A stretch of 32,000 nucleotides of DNA from Pseudidiomarina andamanensis (lineage in GTDB: Bacteria > Pseudomonadota > Gammaproteobacteria > Enterobacterales > Alteromonadaceae), in the NCBI RefSeq assembly GCF_009734345.1, contig NZ_CP032551.1, positions 90,001-122,000 of the forward strand, given 5' to 3'. Positions 18,503 to 28,673 of the stretch are shown in pieces. A program made the position numbers and the translations under genes. The notes under the pieces are model-generated. The model searched no databases. It saw only the letters and a list, made by a program, of their open reading frames with translations, and had not been told where the DNA came from. How positions within the stretch are numbered: the stretch's first letter is position 1; each line of letters begins with the position of its first letter.

Positions 18503-19870
18503 ATGAAGAAGCTTATGATGAAAAAACTGCTCATTTGTGTTGTAACCGCGGCAAGCTTGCTAATTTCTAGCCAGCCCGCCAAAGCCTCACTTGAAATTGT
18601 CATTACCGGCGGTATTGACTCGGCGCGTCCTATTGCGGTGGTGCCGTTTAAGTGGCTCGGAAATGGGCCAAAACCGCAGGGGCTCACTGAAGTTGTTGCT
18701 GCGGATTTAATGCGCAGTGGTAAATTTAACCCGATTCCGGTGAATGGCATGCCGCAACAGCCTTCAAGCTCTGCGGAAATTGACTATACCGAGTGGGCGA
18801 GCCTTGGCGTTGAGGCGATTTTGGTTGGTACAATTGAGCCACATTCGCTAGACCGCTACACGGTTTCATTTGAAATTGTTGATATTTTGCGGGGCCAGAT
18901 TACCAGTGGTACGCAAGTGCTGCGTAACGGTCAGCTAGTAACATCGGAAGACCACATTTTAGATGCGCGTTCTAGCGTTATTTCTGGTGATCAGTTCCGT
19001 CAATATTCGCATCGTATCTCAGATATCTTTTACGAAACCTTAACCGGTCAACGCGGTGCGTTTATGACGCGTATAGCGTATGTTACGGTTAACCATCAGC
19101 TAGATAAGCCGTATGAGCTTGTGGTAGCTGATTATGATGGCTATAACGAAAGGGTTTTACTACGTAGTCCTGAACCGTTGATGTCGCCATCATGGTCGCC
19201 GGATGGCAATAAACTGGCTTATGTCAGCTTTGAGAACAAAAAACCTGAGATTTTCATTCAGGACATCTATACTCGTAGCAGAGAACGGATGACACAGTTC
19301 CCAGGCATTAACAGTAGTCCAGTTTTTTCGCCGGACGGTAAGAGTTTAGCAATGGTGCTATCAAAGGATGGTAACCCGGAACTTTACGTGATGGATATTG
19401 CGACGAAGCGACTTCGCCGCGTAACAAATCATCACGCAATTGATACGGAACCAGCTTGGTCACCAGACAGTAACTCGCTGATTTTTACGTCAGAAAGGGG
19501 TGGCAGACCACAACTTTATAGCGTAAATTTAAGTTCAGGCCAGGTTCGCCGATTAACATTTGAGGGCGAACAAAACTTGGGCGGAACGTATTCGCCAGAT
19601 GGCAAGCAAGTTATTATGGTTAACCGGACACAAGGTAACTATCACATTGCGCGCCAAGATTATCCAAACGGCACAATGCAAGTGTTAACGCAAACTGCTT
19701 TGGATGAGTCGCCAAGCCTGGCACCGAATGGTAGTATGGTGATTTACAGCACCACCCATAACAACCAGCAAGTACTGGCGCTGGTATCGGTAGACGGACG
19801 ATTTAAAGCGCGTTTACCTGCGCGAGAAGGTGAAGTAAAATCACCGTCGTGGTCACCGTTTTTACGTTAG
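18503..19870 (+). CDS. tolB: Tol-Pal system periplasmic beta-propeller protein TolB
   Basis: Signal peptide (...SSQPAKA|S) and repeated PxWSPDG blades ([52 protein letters not shown]). Confidence 0.95.
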   Translation: MKKLMMKKLLICVVTAASLLISSQPAKASLEIVITGGIDSARPIAVVPFKWLGNGPKPQGLTEVVAADLMRSGKFNPIPVNGMPQQPSSSAEIDYTEWASLGVEAILVGTIEPHSLDRYTVSFEIVDILRGQITSGTQVLRNGQLVTSEDHILDARSSVISGDQFRQYSHRISDIFYETLTGQRGAFMTRIAYVTVNHQLDKPYELVVADYDGYNERVLLRSPEPLMSPSWSPDGNKLAYVSFENKKPEIFIQDIYTRSRERMTQFPGINSSPVFSPDGKSLAMVLSKDGNPELYVMDIATKRLRRVTNHHAIDTEPAWSPDSNSLIFTSERGGRPQLYSVNLSSGQVRRLTFEGEQNLGGTYSPDGKQVIMVNRTQGNYHIARQDYPNGTMQVLTQTALDESPSLAPNGSMVIYSTTHNNQQVLALVSVDGRFKARLPAREGEVKSPSWSPFLR

Positions 19871-19926
19871 TACGATTGTTTTAAATAGCAAGTTCAATCA
19901 CTTACATGAAAGAAAGGAACGCGGAC

Positions 19927-20466
19927 ATGAACGCAAACAAAGCCTTAAAAAGTCTGTTCATTGCAGTACCTATGCTGACTCTTGCAGCATGTAGCTCTAA
20001 CCAAGGTGCTGAGGAAGCTGTTGACCAGCAAACAAATCAGCAAGTAGAACAGCCACAAGATCAATCAGGTGTTGATGTTGGCGCTGTAGAGCGCGAGAAA
20101 ACTCCTGAAGAGATTCGTGCTGAGAAAGTTGCTGAATTGCGTCAAGAAAATATGATTTTCTTCGCATTTGATGATTCTCGTATTTCATCTGAGTATGCGC
20201 AAGTTCTTGCAGCACACGCTGATTTCTTAGTTGAAAACCCAAATGTAACTGTGACTGTTGAAGGTCACTGTGACGAGCGTGGTACTCCTGAGTACAACAT
20301 CGCATTGGGCGAGCGTCGTGCTAAAGCTGTTGCACAATACTTGCAAAACTTGGGCGTAAGCTCTAGCCAGATCACTACCGTTTCTTACGGTGAAGAGAAG
20401 CCGTTAATTAACGCTTCAAACAATGACGCCTACGCGAAAAACCGCCGCGGTGTACTCGTTTACTAA
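19927..20466 (+). CDS. pal: Peptidoglycan-associated lipoprotein Pal
   Basis: Lipobox LTLAAC|SS and an OmpA-like domain (GHCDERGTPEYNIALGERRAKAV, NRRGVLVY). The ATG at 19927 has AAGGAA upstream; the track ORF starts at 19906. Confidence 0.94.
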   Translation: MNANKALKSLFIAVPMLTLAACSSNQGAEEAVDQQTNQQVEQPQDQSGVDVGAVEREKTPEEIRAEKVAELRQENMIFFAFDDSRISSEYAQVLAAHADFLVENPNVTVTVEGHCDERGTPEYNIALGERRAKAVAQYLQNLGVSSSQITTVSYGEEKPLINASNNDAYAKNRRGVLVY

Positions 20467-20484
20467 GTAACTCTGGTTGAGCCA

Positions 20485-21225
20485 ATGCAAAAAGTAATCT
20501 TAGTATTGGCCTTTCTGATTCCCGGTGTCCTGCATGCGCAGGCACCGGTTTCTAAGTTAGGCAGTGGTTCGTTAGAAGAACGTCTTAATCAACTCGAACG
20601 TGTTATGGATGCGCGCAACTCTGCGCAGATGGCACTATTAGATCAAATGTCACAGCTGCAAGATGAGGTTGCTGATCTTCGTGGTAAAACCGAAGAGCAC
20701 GCTTATCAAATTGAGCAAATTTTGCAGCGTCAGCGTGAAATTTATCAAGAAATCGACCGCCGTTTAACAGCACAGCCGGCTACTCAACCACAGCCTGCAC
20801 AAGTTAATACCTCAGCTGTCGATTCTGGTACGACTAACTACTCGTCCAATTTGTCTGAAAATGAAGCGTATGAGCAAGCTATTCAATTGGTGCTTCGTGA
20901 TAAGCGCTACGATGCTGCTGTACCGGCTTTTGAATCATTCATTAAAAATTATCCAAGCTCAACCTATGTGCCCAACGCACATTATTGGTTAGGGCAGCTG
21001 TTGTTTGCTGAAAGTAAGTACGATCAAGCAAAAGGTCATTTTGCTACGGTTGTCTCTGAGTTCCCTGACAGTAATAAGCGCGGTGATTGTATTTTGAAGT
21101 TGGGTATTATTGCTCAACAACAGAACGATATGAAGAAAGCGCGTGAGTTATATAATCAGGTTATTAGCGAATATGCGAACTCAACCGAAGCTGGTTTAGC
21201 ACGCAAACGCCTCGATAATTTGTAA
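20485..21225 (+). CDS. cpoB: Cell division coordinator CpoB (YbgF)
   Basis: Signal peptide, N-terminal coiled coil (LEERLNQLERV...LQDEVADLRG), C-terminal TPR region (YPSSTYVPNAHYWLGQ, FPDSNKRGDCILKLG). Last gene of the tol-pal cluster. Confidence 0.9.
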   Translation: MQKVILVLAFLIPGVLHAQAPVSKLGSGSLEERLNQLERVMDARNSAQMALLDQMSQLQDEVADLRGKTEEHAYQIEQILQRQREIYQEIDRRLTAQPATQPQPAQVNTSAVDSGTTNYSSNLSENEAYEQAIQLVLRDKRYDAAVPAFESFIKNYPSSTYVPNAHYWLGQLLFAESKYDQAKGHFATVVSEFPDSNKRGDCILKLGIIAQQQNDMKKARELYNQVISEYANSTEAGLARKRLDNL

Positions 21226-21294
21226 AATTCCTGTAGAAAAATCGGGTAAATGTTCGCAAATTGAGCAAACGCACCCGATTCCTTCAATTTACAG

Positions 21295-21322
21295 TTGCAA
21301 CGAGCGGCTTTTTAAGTAAACT
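21295..21322 (+). promoter_or_regulatory. Putative promoter of the tRNA-Lys pair
   Basis: TTGCAA (21295-21300), 16 nt, TAAACT (21317-21322), then a GC-rich discriminator (atgccgccg) about 40 nt upstream of the first tRNA. Confidence 0.3.
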
Positions 21323-21364
21323 ATGCCGCCGTTGCCACTGATAAGTGTGTAACACGAAAGTGAT

Positions 21365-21440
21365 GGGTTGTTAGCTCAGTTGGTAGAGCAGTTGACTTTT
21401 AATCAATTGGTCGCAGGTTCGAATCCTGCACAACCCACCA
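21365..21440 (+). tRNA. tRNA-Lys (anticodon UUU)
   Basis: 76-nt cloverleaf: acceptor gggttgt/acaaccc, D-arm agctcagttggtagagc, anticodon loop ctTTTaa, T-arm gcaggttcgaatcctgc, encoded CCA. Confidence 0.95.
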
Positions 21441-21471
21441 ATCACTCTCATCTCCTTCAAAGTTTTATTGT

Positions 21472-21547
21472 GGGTTGTTAGCTCAGTTGGTAGAGCAGTT
21501 GACTTTTAATCAATTGGTCGCAGGTTCGAATCCTGCACAACCCACCA
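21472..21547 (+). tRNA. tRNA-Lys (anticodon UUU), identical second copy
   Basis: Identical in sequence to 21365-21440 and separated from it by a 31-nt spacer. Confidence 0.95.
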
Positions 21548-21619
21548 CTTTATTTTTTCCCTTCGTGCCCCAATTTGATTTATAATCTCCAAACTTTTTT
21601 AATGCATTGAAGTGGTACC

Positions 21620-22667
21620 ATGAGCATTACGGCAGAAATTCAAGCACGGGTTATTGATAGTTTAGATTATCCATTCCCGCCAAAACCGAAAACGCTATCT
21701 GACGCTGAAAAAGCAGATTACACCGCGCGTATTAAACAATTATTACGTGACAAGAATGCGGTGCTGGTTGCGCATTATTACACCGACCCGGAAATTCAAG
21801 CGTTAGCTGAAGCAACGGGCGGTTGTGTGGCTGACTCATTAGAAATGGCTCGATTTGGCGCTAAGCATGAAGCGGAAACATTGATTGTTGCCGGTGTGAA
21901 GTTCATGGGCGAAACTGCAAAAATACTTACGCCGAACAAACGTGTACTGATGCCAACGCTAGAGGCAACTTGTTCGTTAGACTTAGGCTGCCCTATTGAT
22001 GAGTTTCTCACGGTTCTGTGATGAGCATCCTGACCGCACTGTGGTGGTGTATGCAAATACCTCCGCAGCCGTCAAAGCGCGTGCTGATTGGGTTGTTACG
22101 TCAAGTATCGCGCTTGAAGTTGTCGACCATCTTGATGCCAACGGCGAAAAGATTTTGTGGGGGCCCGACAAACATTTAGGTGCCTACATTCAAAAGCAAA
22201 CTGGCGCTGATATGATCATGTGGCAGGGCGCTTGTATAGTTCACGATGAATTTAAAACCAAAGCGCTAGAAGACCTCAAACGTGTTTATCCAGATGCGGC
22301 AATTTTAGTTCATCCAGAGTCGCCGCAAGCCGTTGTCGAGTTGGCTGACGCCGTAGGTTCAACATCGCAATTAATCAAAGCGAGCCAAGAGTTGCCAAAC
22401 GATACTTTTATAGTGGCAACTGATCGCGGTATCTTCTACAAAATGCAGCAATTATCGCCGAATAAGCACTTCATTGAAGCGCCTACAGCTGGTAACGGTG
22501 CGACTTGCCGTAGCTGTGCTCATTGTCCGTGGATGGCGATGAATGGTCTTGTAGCTATTGCGGAAGCACTCGAAAATAGCGGTGCGAAACATGAGATTCA
22601 TGTAGATGAAGCGTTAGCAGAACGTGCGCTAAAACCACTGAATCGAATGCTCCAATTCAAGGGCTAA
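21620..22667 (+). pseudogene. nadA: Quinolinate synthase NadA interrupted by a single-nucleotide insertion (frameshift or sequencing error)
   Basis: The two ORFs (21620-22021 and 21996-22667) together are colinear with E. coli NadA. ...[11 protein letters not shown] ends frame 1, and [31 protein letters not shown] continues in another frame. Seven nt (ctcacgg, 22007-22013) sit where two codons are expected. Confidence 0.85.
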
Positions 22668-22764
22668 CTTAGCTCGAATCACGACACTTTATAGTGATTA
22701 TATTTGCGTCAAATGAACTTCATGCTTAAGGTGGACTATTCACTTTTTGCATGAGGTTGTATAA

Positions 22765-25700
22765 ATGGCGCTTTATTCACACGACGACGTACGTGACAAC
22801 TGTGGATTTGGACTGATTGCCCAAGTTGATGGGCGACTAAGTCACGCCATTATTTCCAAAGCGATTACTGGGTTAGCGAACATGCAGCATCGAGGCGGCA
22901 TTAACGCTGACGGCAAAACCGGTGATGGCTGCGGGCTCCTTCTTCAGTTACCTCAACAATTCTTTCGCGATTACGCAGCGAAGCAAAATTGGCACTTGAG
23001 TAAGAAATTTGCGGTTGGCATGGTTTTCCTGAGTACTGACTCAGAAACGAGACAGTCACAAAAACACATTCTTGAAGCAGAGCTTCGCCGGGAAACCCTA
23101 ACTGTAGAGGGCTGGCGGGAGGTTCCTGTTAATTCAGATATTCTTGGCCCGATCGCGAAGTCGAGTCAACCGAATATTCAGCAAGTGATTGTGAGTGCTC
23201 CGCCCGGCTGGCGTAAGAAAGACCTAGAGCGACGACTATACATGGCCCGGCGTCGCACGGAACTGACGCTGGCCGATGACCTAAGCTTCTACGTTTGTTC
23301 ACTCTCTTGCTTAGTTATTGTATATAAAGGGCTAATGCTCGCAAAAGATCTTGCCAATTTTTATCTGGATTTAGCCGATCCAACTCTTACAACCAGTCAT
23401 TGCGTATTTCACCAGCGCTTTTCAACCAATACACAACCGCAGTGGCGTTTGGCGCAACCGTTTCGATTTCTAGCCCACAATGGCGAAATTAATGCCATTC
23501 GTGGTAATCGACAGTGGGCTCTAGCGCGCCAATATAAATTTCATTCGCCGCTGTTGCCCGATTTGCAGCAGGCTGCACCTTTCGTCAATAGCGATGGTTC
23601 TGATTCCTCCGCATTAGATAATATGCTCGAATTACTTCTAGCGGGAGGTATGGACTTGTTTCGTGCATTGCGACTACTCATTCCGCCGGCTTGGCAGGGT
23701 AACGCGACGATGTCTGATCCGTTGCGCGCGTTCTATGAGTTTAATTCGATGCATATGGAGCCTTGGGATGGTCCTGCCGGAATTGTGATGAGTAATGGAC
23801 GTCAAGTTGCCTGTAGCCTAGATAGAAATGGATTGCGACCTGCGCGGATCATAACCACGAAAAATGGCTTAGTGACGATTGCTTCAGAGGTTGGTATCTG
23901 GGATTACCAAGATGAAGACGTGATTGAAAAAAGCCGACTAGGGCCAGGTGAGATGGTCGCGATTGATACTTATACTGGACGGATTTGGCGTAGCGCCGAA
24001 ATAGACGACGACTTACAACAGCGACACCCATATCGAAATTGGCTAAATCAACATATTCGCCACCTAACGCCTTTTCGGGAATGTGCCGCTGAACATCTGG
24101 GGAAGCGTTTGTTTGACGATGCAACCATGGCGATTTACCACAAGCTTCATCGTTATAGCCGCGAGGAACTGTTGCAAGTGCTTGCGGTATTGGCAGAAGA
24201 TGGCCATGAGGCAACCGGTTCGATGGGCGATGACACCCCAATAGCCGTTTTATCGGAACAGCCTCGCGATGTGTTTGACTATTTCCGACAACAATTTGCG
24301 CAAGTCACCAATCCCCCGATTGATCCGATTCGTGAACGCCATGTGATGAGTCTCGCTACCTGCATCGGCCGCGAGCAAAATGTATTTAACGAAACGTCTG
24401 GATACGCTGAGCGCGTTGTCATTGAGTCGCCCGTTCTAATGTATACCGATCTAATGCAGTTGCGGGATTTACCTGATGAGCATTATAAATTGGCGGTTTT
24501 ACATCTTGGCTATGACGCCCAGTCGGATAATTTACAACAAGCATTGGTGAAACTAACGACGGAAGCGGTTCGAGTGGTTCGAGATGATGCCGTGGTGGTG
24601 GTTGTTTTGAGTGATCGAACGCTGAATAAAAATCATCATATGATTCCAGTGGCGTTAGCGGTGGGAGCGGTTCAGCAAGCGTTGGTTCGTGAAAGCTTAC
24701 GATGTGACTCCAATATTATTGTCGAAACCGGTTCAGTTCGCGATGCGCATCAAATGGCGGTGTTAATCGGCCTTGGTGCAACTGCCGTCTATCCATTCTT
24801 GGCGTATGAATCAATCGAGCAATTGGTTGAACGAGGCGATGTTAGATTACCGGTGCGCGATGCTTTGCAAAACTATCGTGAAGGAATTAATAAGGGATTG
24901 CTGAAAATAATGTCAAAGATGGGCATTGCTACGGTCGCAAGTTACCGTGGTGCCTGTTTATTTGAGATTGTTGGGTTAGCTGCAGAAGTTCGTGAACGTT
25001 GTTTTGCGCACGCACCGGCTCGTATTGGTGGCGCGAGGTTTATCGATATTGAAGCGCAAGTTCAGCAAATTCATACAAAAGCATGGTCTAGCCATCATAA
25101 AATTTCTGCCGGTGGTCTTCTAAAGTATGTTCACGGTGGCGAATATCATGCCTACAACCCCGACGTGGTGATGAGTTTGCAAAAAGCAGTTAATCACAAT
25201 GATGCGGACGCCTATCGACAATTTTCCGACCATGTGAATCATCGTCCTATCAGCTTTATTCGAGACCTTCTGGCGCCGAAACCAGCCGCAGAACCATTGA
25301 ACGTTGCTGAGGTGGAGCCAGCGACCGAACTGTTCCATCGCTTTGATACTGCAGCCATGTCGATTGGCGCATTAAGCCCTGAGGCTCACGAAGCGTTAGC
25401 GCAAGGCATGAACCGTATCGGCGGACACTCTAACTCTGGCGAAGGAGGCGAGGACGCGCGGCGGTTTGGTACCGATAAGAATTCGCGAATTAAACAAGTC
25501 GCCTCGGGTCGTTTTGGCGTAACGCCACACTATTTGGTCAATGCTGATGTGTTACAGATTAAAATTGCGCAGGGTGCGAAACCGGGTGAGGGCGGTCAGC
25601 TTCCTGGTGAAAAAGTGACTGCTGAAATTGCGAAACTTCGATATGCCGTGGCCGGCACTACATTGATTTCGCCTCCACCACATCATGATATCTACTCGAT

Positions 25701-27228
25701 AGAAGATTTAGCGCAGTTGATTTTTGATTTAAAGCAGGTGAATCCGCAGGCGCTAGTTTCTGTGAAACTCGTGTCGTCGCCAGGTATTGGCACCATCGCG
25801 ACTGGCGTTGCAAAAGCCTACGCTGACTTAATAACCGTATCAGGGTATGACGGCGGTACCGGCGCTAGCCCGCTAACGTCTGTAAAACATGCAGGTTCAC
25901 CGTGGGAGCTCGGCTTAGCCGAAGTTCATGAAGCGTTAGTGAGCAATGACTTACGCCATAAGGTTCGGGTTCAGGTGGATGGTGGCTTAAAAACTGGATT
26001 GGATGTCATTAAAGCCGCCATTTTAGGTGCCGAAAGCTTTGGCTTTGGTACGGCACCAATGATTGCTTTAGGCTGTAAGTATTTGCGTATTTGTCATTTG
26101 AATAACTGTGCAACAGGTGTCGCGACGCAAGATGAAGCCTTACGCCGCGAGCACTTTACCGGTTTACCCGAGCGCGTCGCAAAGTACTTCGAATTTGTCG
26201 CTGAAGAAGTACGTTTCTGGTTAGCGCAACTTGGTGTCACTCGGCTCACTGATCTCATCGGTCGGGTTGACTTATTGACCCGCGTGACCGGCGTGACACG
26301 CATGCAACAGCAGTTAGATTTGTCGCAATTAATGGCTGCTGCAGCGACCGATAATGGCAAATCACTATACTGTACTGAGGCAAATATTCCGCACGATTCT
26401 GGTCAATTGAATAGTGAATTAATACGGGTCACTCATGATGCGATTGAGAAACGATTAGGTGGAGCATGGCAATTTACGATTCGTAATTTTGATCGTGCGG
26501 TGGGCGCGAATTTAGCTGGTGCCATTGCAAAGAAATACGGCAACCAGGGTATGGCACCGTATCCGATTGCGATTCAACTTCGCGGCTCAGCGGGACAAAG
26601 TTTTGGTGCATGGAATGCTGGTGGCTTGCGACTTGAGCTCATCGGCGATGCCAATGACTACGTCGGCAAAGGTATGGCTGGCGGGCGTATTGTTCTGCGT
26701 TTTCCCGAAACTGCCAATTACCGTAGTAACAATCCAATTATCATGGGTAATACCTGCTTATATGGCGCCACAGGTGGAAAAGTATTTGCTGCTGGTTGCG
26801 CCGGCGAACGCTTCGCGGTTCGCAATTCAGGCGCAACAGCGGTGGTTGAAGGGGTGGGCGACCACGCCTGCGAATACATGACCGGTGGCATTGTTGTGGT
26901 TCTGGGCAATACCGGCATCAATTTTGGCGCAGGCATGACCGGTGGATTTGCTTTTGTACAAGATGCCGACAATAGTCTGCGTAAGCGACTTAATACTGAA
27001 TTGGTTGAGCTTTGTGCAGTAGAGGATACCCGTTTGCAAGAACTTTTGCGGGGCCTTCTCAATGAACATTACGAACATACCGGTAGTGAACGGGCGCATC
27101 AGCTATTGATTCAGGGGCAGTTGACGTTTACGCAATTTGTTTTGGTGAAGCCCAAAGCGGTACAACTGGCTGATTTGATTGGTCATCGTGCTCGCTCAAC
27201 TGCTGAACTGCGTGTGGAGGTGATGTAA
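22765..27228 (+). CDS. gltB: Glutamate synthase (NADPH) large subunit
   Basis: 1487 aa. Ntn amidotransferase N-terminus (DN|CGFGLIA), FMN/Fe-S central domain (SNSGEGGE, KPGEGGQLPG, ISPPPHHDIYSIEDL) and C-terminal GXGXG domain. Confidence 0.97.
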   Translation: MALYSHDDVRDNCGFGLIAQVDGRLSHAIISKAITGLANMQHRGGINADGKTGDGCGLLLQLPQQFFRDYAAKQNWHLSKKFAVGMVFLSTDSETRQSQKHILEAELRRETLTVEGWREVPVNSDILGPIAKSSQPNIQQVIVSAPPGWRKKDLERRLYMARRRTELTLADDLSFYVCSLSCLVIVYKGLMLAKDLANFYLDLADPTLTTSHCVFHQRFSTNTQPQWRLAQPFRFLAHNGEINAIRGNRQWALARQYKFHSPLLPDLQQAAPFVNSDGSDSSALDNMLELLLAGGMDLFRALRLLIPPAWQGNATMSDPLRAFYEFNSMHMEPWDGPAGIVMSNGRQVACSLDRNGLRPARIITTKNGLVTIASEVGIWDYQDEDVIEKSRLGPGEMVAIDTYTGRIWRSAEIDDDLQQRHPYRNWLNQHIRHLTPFRECAAEHLGKRLFDDATMAIYHKLHRYSREELLQVLAVLAEDGHEATGSMGDDTPIAVLSEQPRDVFDYFRQQFAQVTNPPIDPIRERHVMSLATCIGREQNVFNETSGYAERVVIESPVLMYTDLMQLRDLPDEHYKLAVLHLGYDAQSDNLQQALVKLTTEAVRVVRDDAVVVVVLSDRTLNKNHHMIPVALAVGAVQQALVRESLRCDSNIIVETGSVRDAHQMAVLIGLGATAVYPFLAYESIEQLVERGDVRLPVRDALQNYREGINKGLLKIMSKMGIATVASYRGACLFEIVGLAAEVRERCFAHAPARIGGARFIDIEAQVQQIHTKAWSSHHKISAGGLLKYVHGGEYHAYNPDVVMSLQKAVNHNDADAYRQFSDHVNHRPISFIRDLLAPKPAAEPLNVAEVEPATELFHRFDTAAMSIGALSPEAHEALAQGMNRIGGHSNSGEGGEDARRFGTDKNSRIKQVASGRFGVTPHYLVNADVLQIKIAQGAKPGEGGQLPGEKVTAEIAKLRYAVAGTTLISPPPHHDIYSIEDLAQLIFDLKQVNPQALVSVKLVSSPGIGTIATGVAKAYADLITVSGYDGGTGASPLTSVKHAGSPWELGLAEVHEALVSNDLRHKVRVQVDGGLKTGLDVIKAAILGAESFGFGTAPMIALGCKYLRICHLNNCATGVATQDEALRREHFTGLPERVAKYFEFVAEEVRFWLAQLGVTRLTDLIGRVDLLTRVTGVTRMQQQLDLSQLMAAAATDNGKSLYCTEANIPHDSGQLNSELIRVTHDAIEKRLGGAWQFTIRNFDRAVGANLAGAIAKKYGNQGMAPYPIAIQLRGSAGQSFGAWNAGGLRLELIGDANDYVGKGMAGGRIVLRFPETANYRSNNPIIMGNTCLYGATGGKVFAAGCAGERFAVRNSGATAVVEGVGDHACEYMTGGIVVVLGNTGINFGAGMTGGFAFVQDADNSLRKRLNTELVELCAVEDTRLQELLRGLLNEHYEHTGSERAHQLLIQGQLTFTQFVLVKPKAVQLADLIGHRARSTAELRVEVM

Positions 27229-28673
27229 TGAGCAAGAATATCTATCAATTTCTTGATGTACAACGCATTGACCCTCCTAAGAAAGCCCTGCGCGAACGCC
27301 AAATTGAGTTCGTCGAAATTTACGAACCCATGTCGGAGCTTCAAGCACAAGGGCAATCTGATCGCTGTTTAGATTGCGGGAACCCATACTGCGAATGGCA
27401 GTGCCCAGTGCATAATTATATTCCGCAGTGGTTGGAGCTGGTGCAGCAAGGTCGCATTTTTGAGGCCGCCGAGCTTTGCCATGAAACGAATAGTCTTCCT
27501 GAAGTGTGTGGCCGCGTGTGTCCTCAAGATAGGCTATGTGAAGGGGCGTGCACGTTGAATGACGATTATGGTGCAGTGACTATTGGTAGTATTGAGAAAT
27601 ACATTACCGATACCGCATTTGCGCAAGGTTGGCGCCCCGATCTGTCGCACGTTGAAGCGACCAACTTCAAAGTCGCGGTGGTTGGCGCCGGACCCGCAGG
27701 CTTAGCATGTGCTGATGTCCTGGTTCGACATGGTATTACGCCTGTGGTTTACGATAAGTATCCAGAAATTGGGGGCTTGCTCACATACGGTATTCCGCCT
27801 TTTAAACTGGAAAAATCGGTACTTGAACGCCGCCGCGAAATATTTACCGAAATGGGCATTCAATTCGAGTTAGGCGTGGAAATTGGAACCGATGTGCGGT
27901 TTGCTGACCTTGTACAGCAGTACGATGCCGTATTTGTTGCCTTAGGGACTTACCAAGCACTTGATGGCAAACTTGAAGGCTTAGCGGCTGAGGGCGTGCA
28001 CCACGCATTGGCGTACTTGATTGGAAATACACAAACCTTAATGCCTCAACAGATGCCCGAGTACCCGTTGATAAACCTAGAAGGCAAGAAGGTTGTCGTG
28101 TTAGGCGGTGGCGATACCGGTATGGACTGTGTGAGAACGGCGATTCGCCAACAAGCTGAGTCGGTGACTTGTGCTTATAGACGGGATGAAGCGAATATGC
28201 CCGGCTCTCGTCGCGAAGTACAAAATGCGCGTGAAGAGGGCGTTCAGTTTGAATTTAATTTGCAACCTATTGCCATTGAAACCAAGCAGAATCAAGTTAT
28301 TGGTGTGCGCATGGTTCGTACGGAACTGGGGCCTCCGGATAGCAATGGAAGGCGTCGACCACAACCAGTTCCAGATTCAGAGTTTGTGATGCCTGCGGAT
28401 GCCGTCGTGATTGCTTTCGGATATCAACCCAACCCACCGCAGTGGCTGCAAGATGAAGGTGTTGAGTTATCGGAGTGGGGCACAGTGATTGCGAAAGAGA
28501 GTAGCCGTTATCCACTGCAAACTAGTAACGCTAAAATATTCTCGGGTGGTGATATGGTACGCGGCGCAGATTTAGTGGTAACCGCTATTGCCCAAGGCCG
28601 AGCGGCCGCCCTCGGCATCGTTGATTACTTAACTGAGCGTTCGGCATCGTCGAATAACGATAAACGCTCTTAA
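27228..28673 (+). CDS. gltD: Glutamate synthase (NADPH) small subunit
   Basis: Cys clusters (CLDCGNPYCEWQCP, CGRVCPQDRLCEGAC) and dinucleotide folds (VAVVGAGPAGLACA, VVVLGGGDTGMDC). The ATG overlaps the gltB stop (TAATG). Confidence 0.96.
   Translation: MSKNIYQFLDVQRIDPPKKALRERQIEFVEIYEPMSELQAQGQSDRCLDCGNPYCEWQCPVHNYIPQWLELVQQGRIFEAAELCHETNSLPEVCGRVCPQDRLCEGACTLNDDYGAVTIGSIEKYITDTAFAQGWRPDLSHVEATNFKVAVVGAGPAGLACADVLVRHGITPVVYDKYPEIGGLLTYGIPPFKLEKSVLERRREIFTEMGIQFELGVEIGTDVRFADLVQQYDAVFVALGTYQALDGKLEGLAAEGVHHALAYLIGNTQTLMPQQMPEYPLINLEGKKVVVLGGGDTGMDCVRTAIRQQAESVTCAYRRDEANMPGSRREVQNAREEGVQFEFNLQPIAIETKQNQVIGVRMVRTELGPPDSNGRRRPQPVPDSEFVMPADAVVIAFGYQPNPPQWLQDEGVELSEWGTVIAKESSRYPLQTSNAKIFSGGDMVRGADLVVTAIAQGRAAALGIVDYLTERSASSNNDKRS

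Noticed and set aside
21240-21280. Imperfect hairpin (aatcgggt...acccgatt) after cpoB as an intrinsic terminator.
   Set aside because: The stem is interrupted, the loop is large and the U-tract is weak. It is possible but not well enough supported to list as a feature.
22000-22021. Programmed ribosomal frameshift as an explanation for the split nadA.
   Set aside because: There is no slippery heptamer, homopolymer or obvious downstream structure, and nadA is not known to use recoding. A mutation or sequencing error is the simpler explanation.
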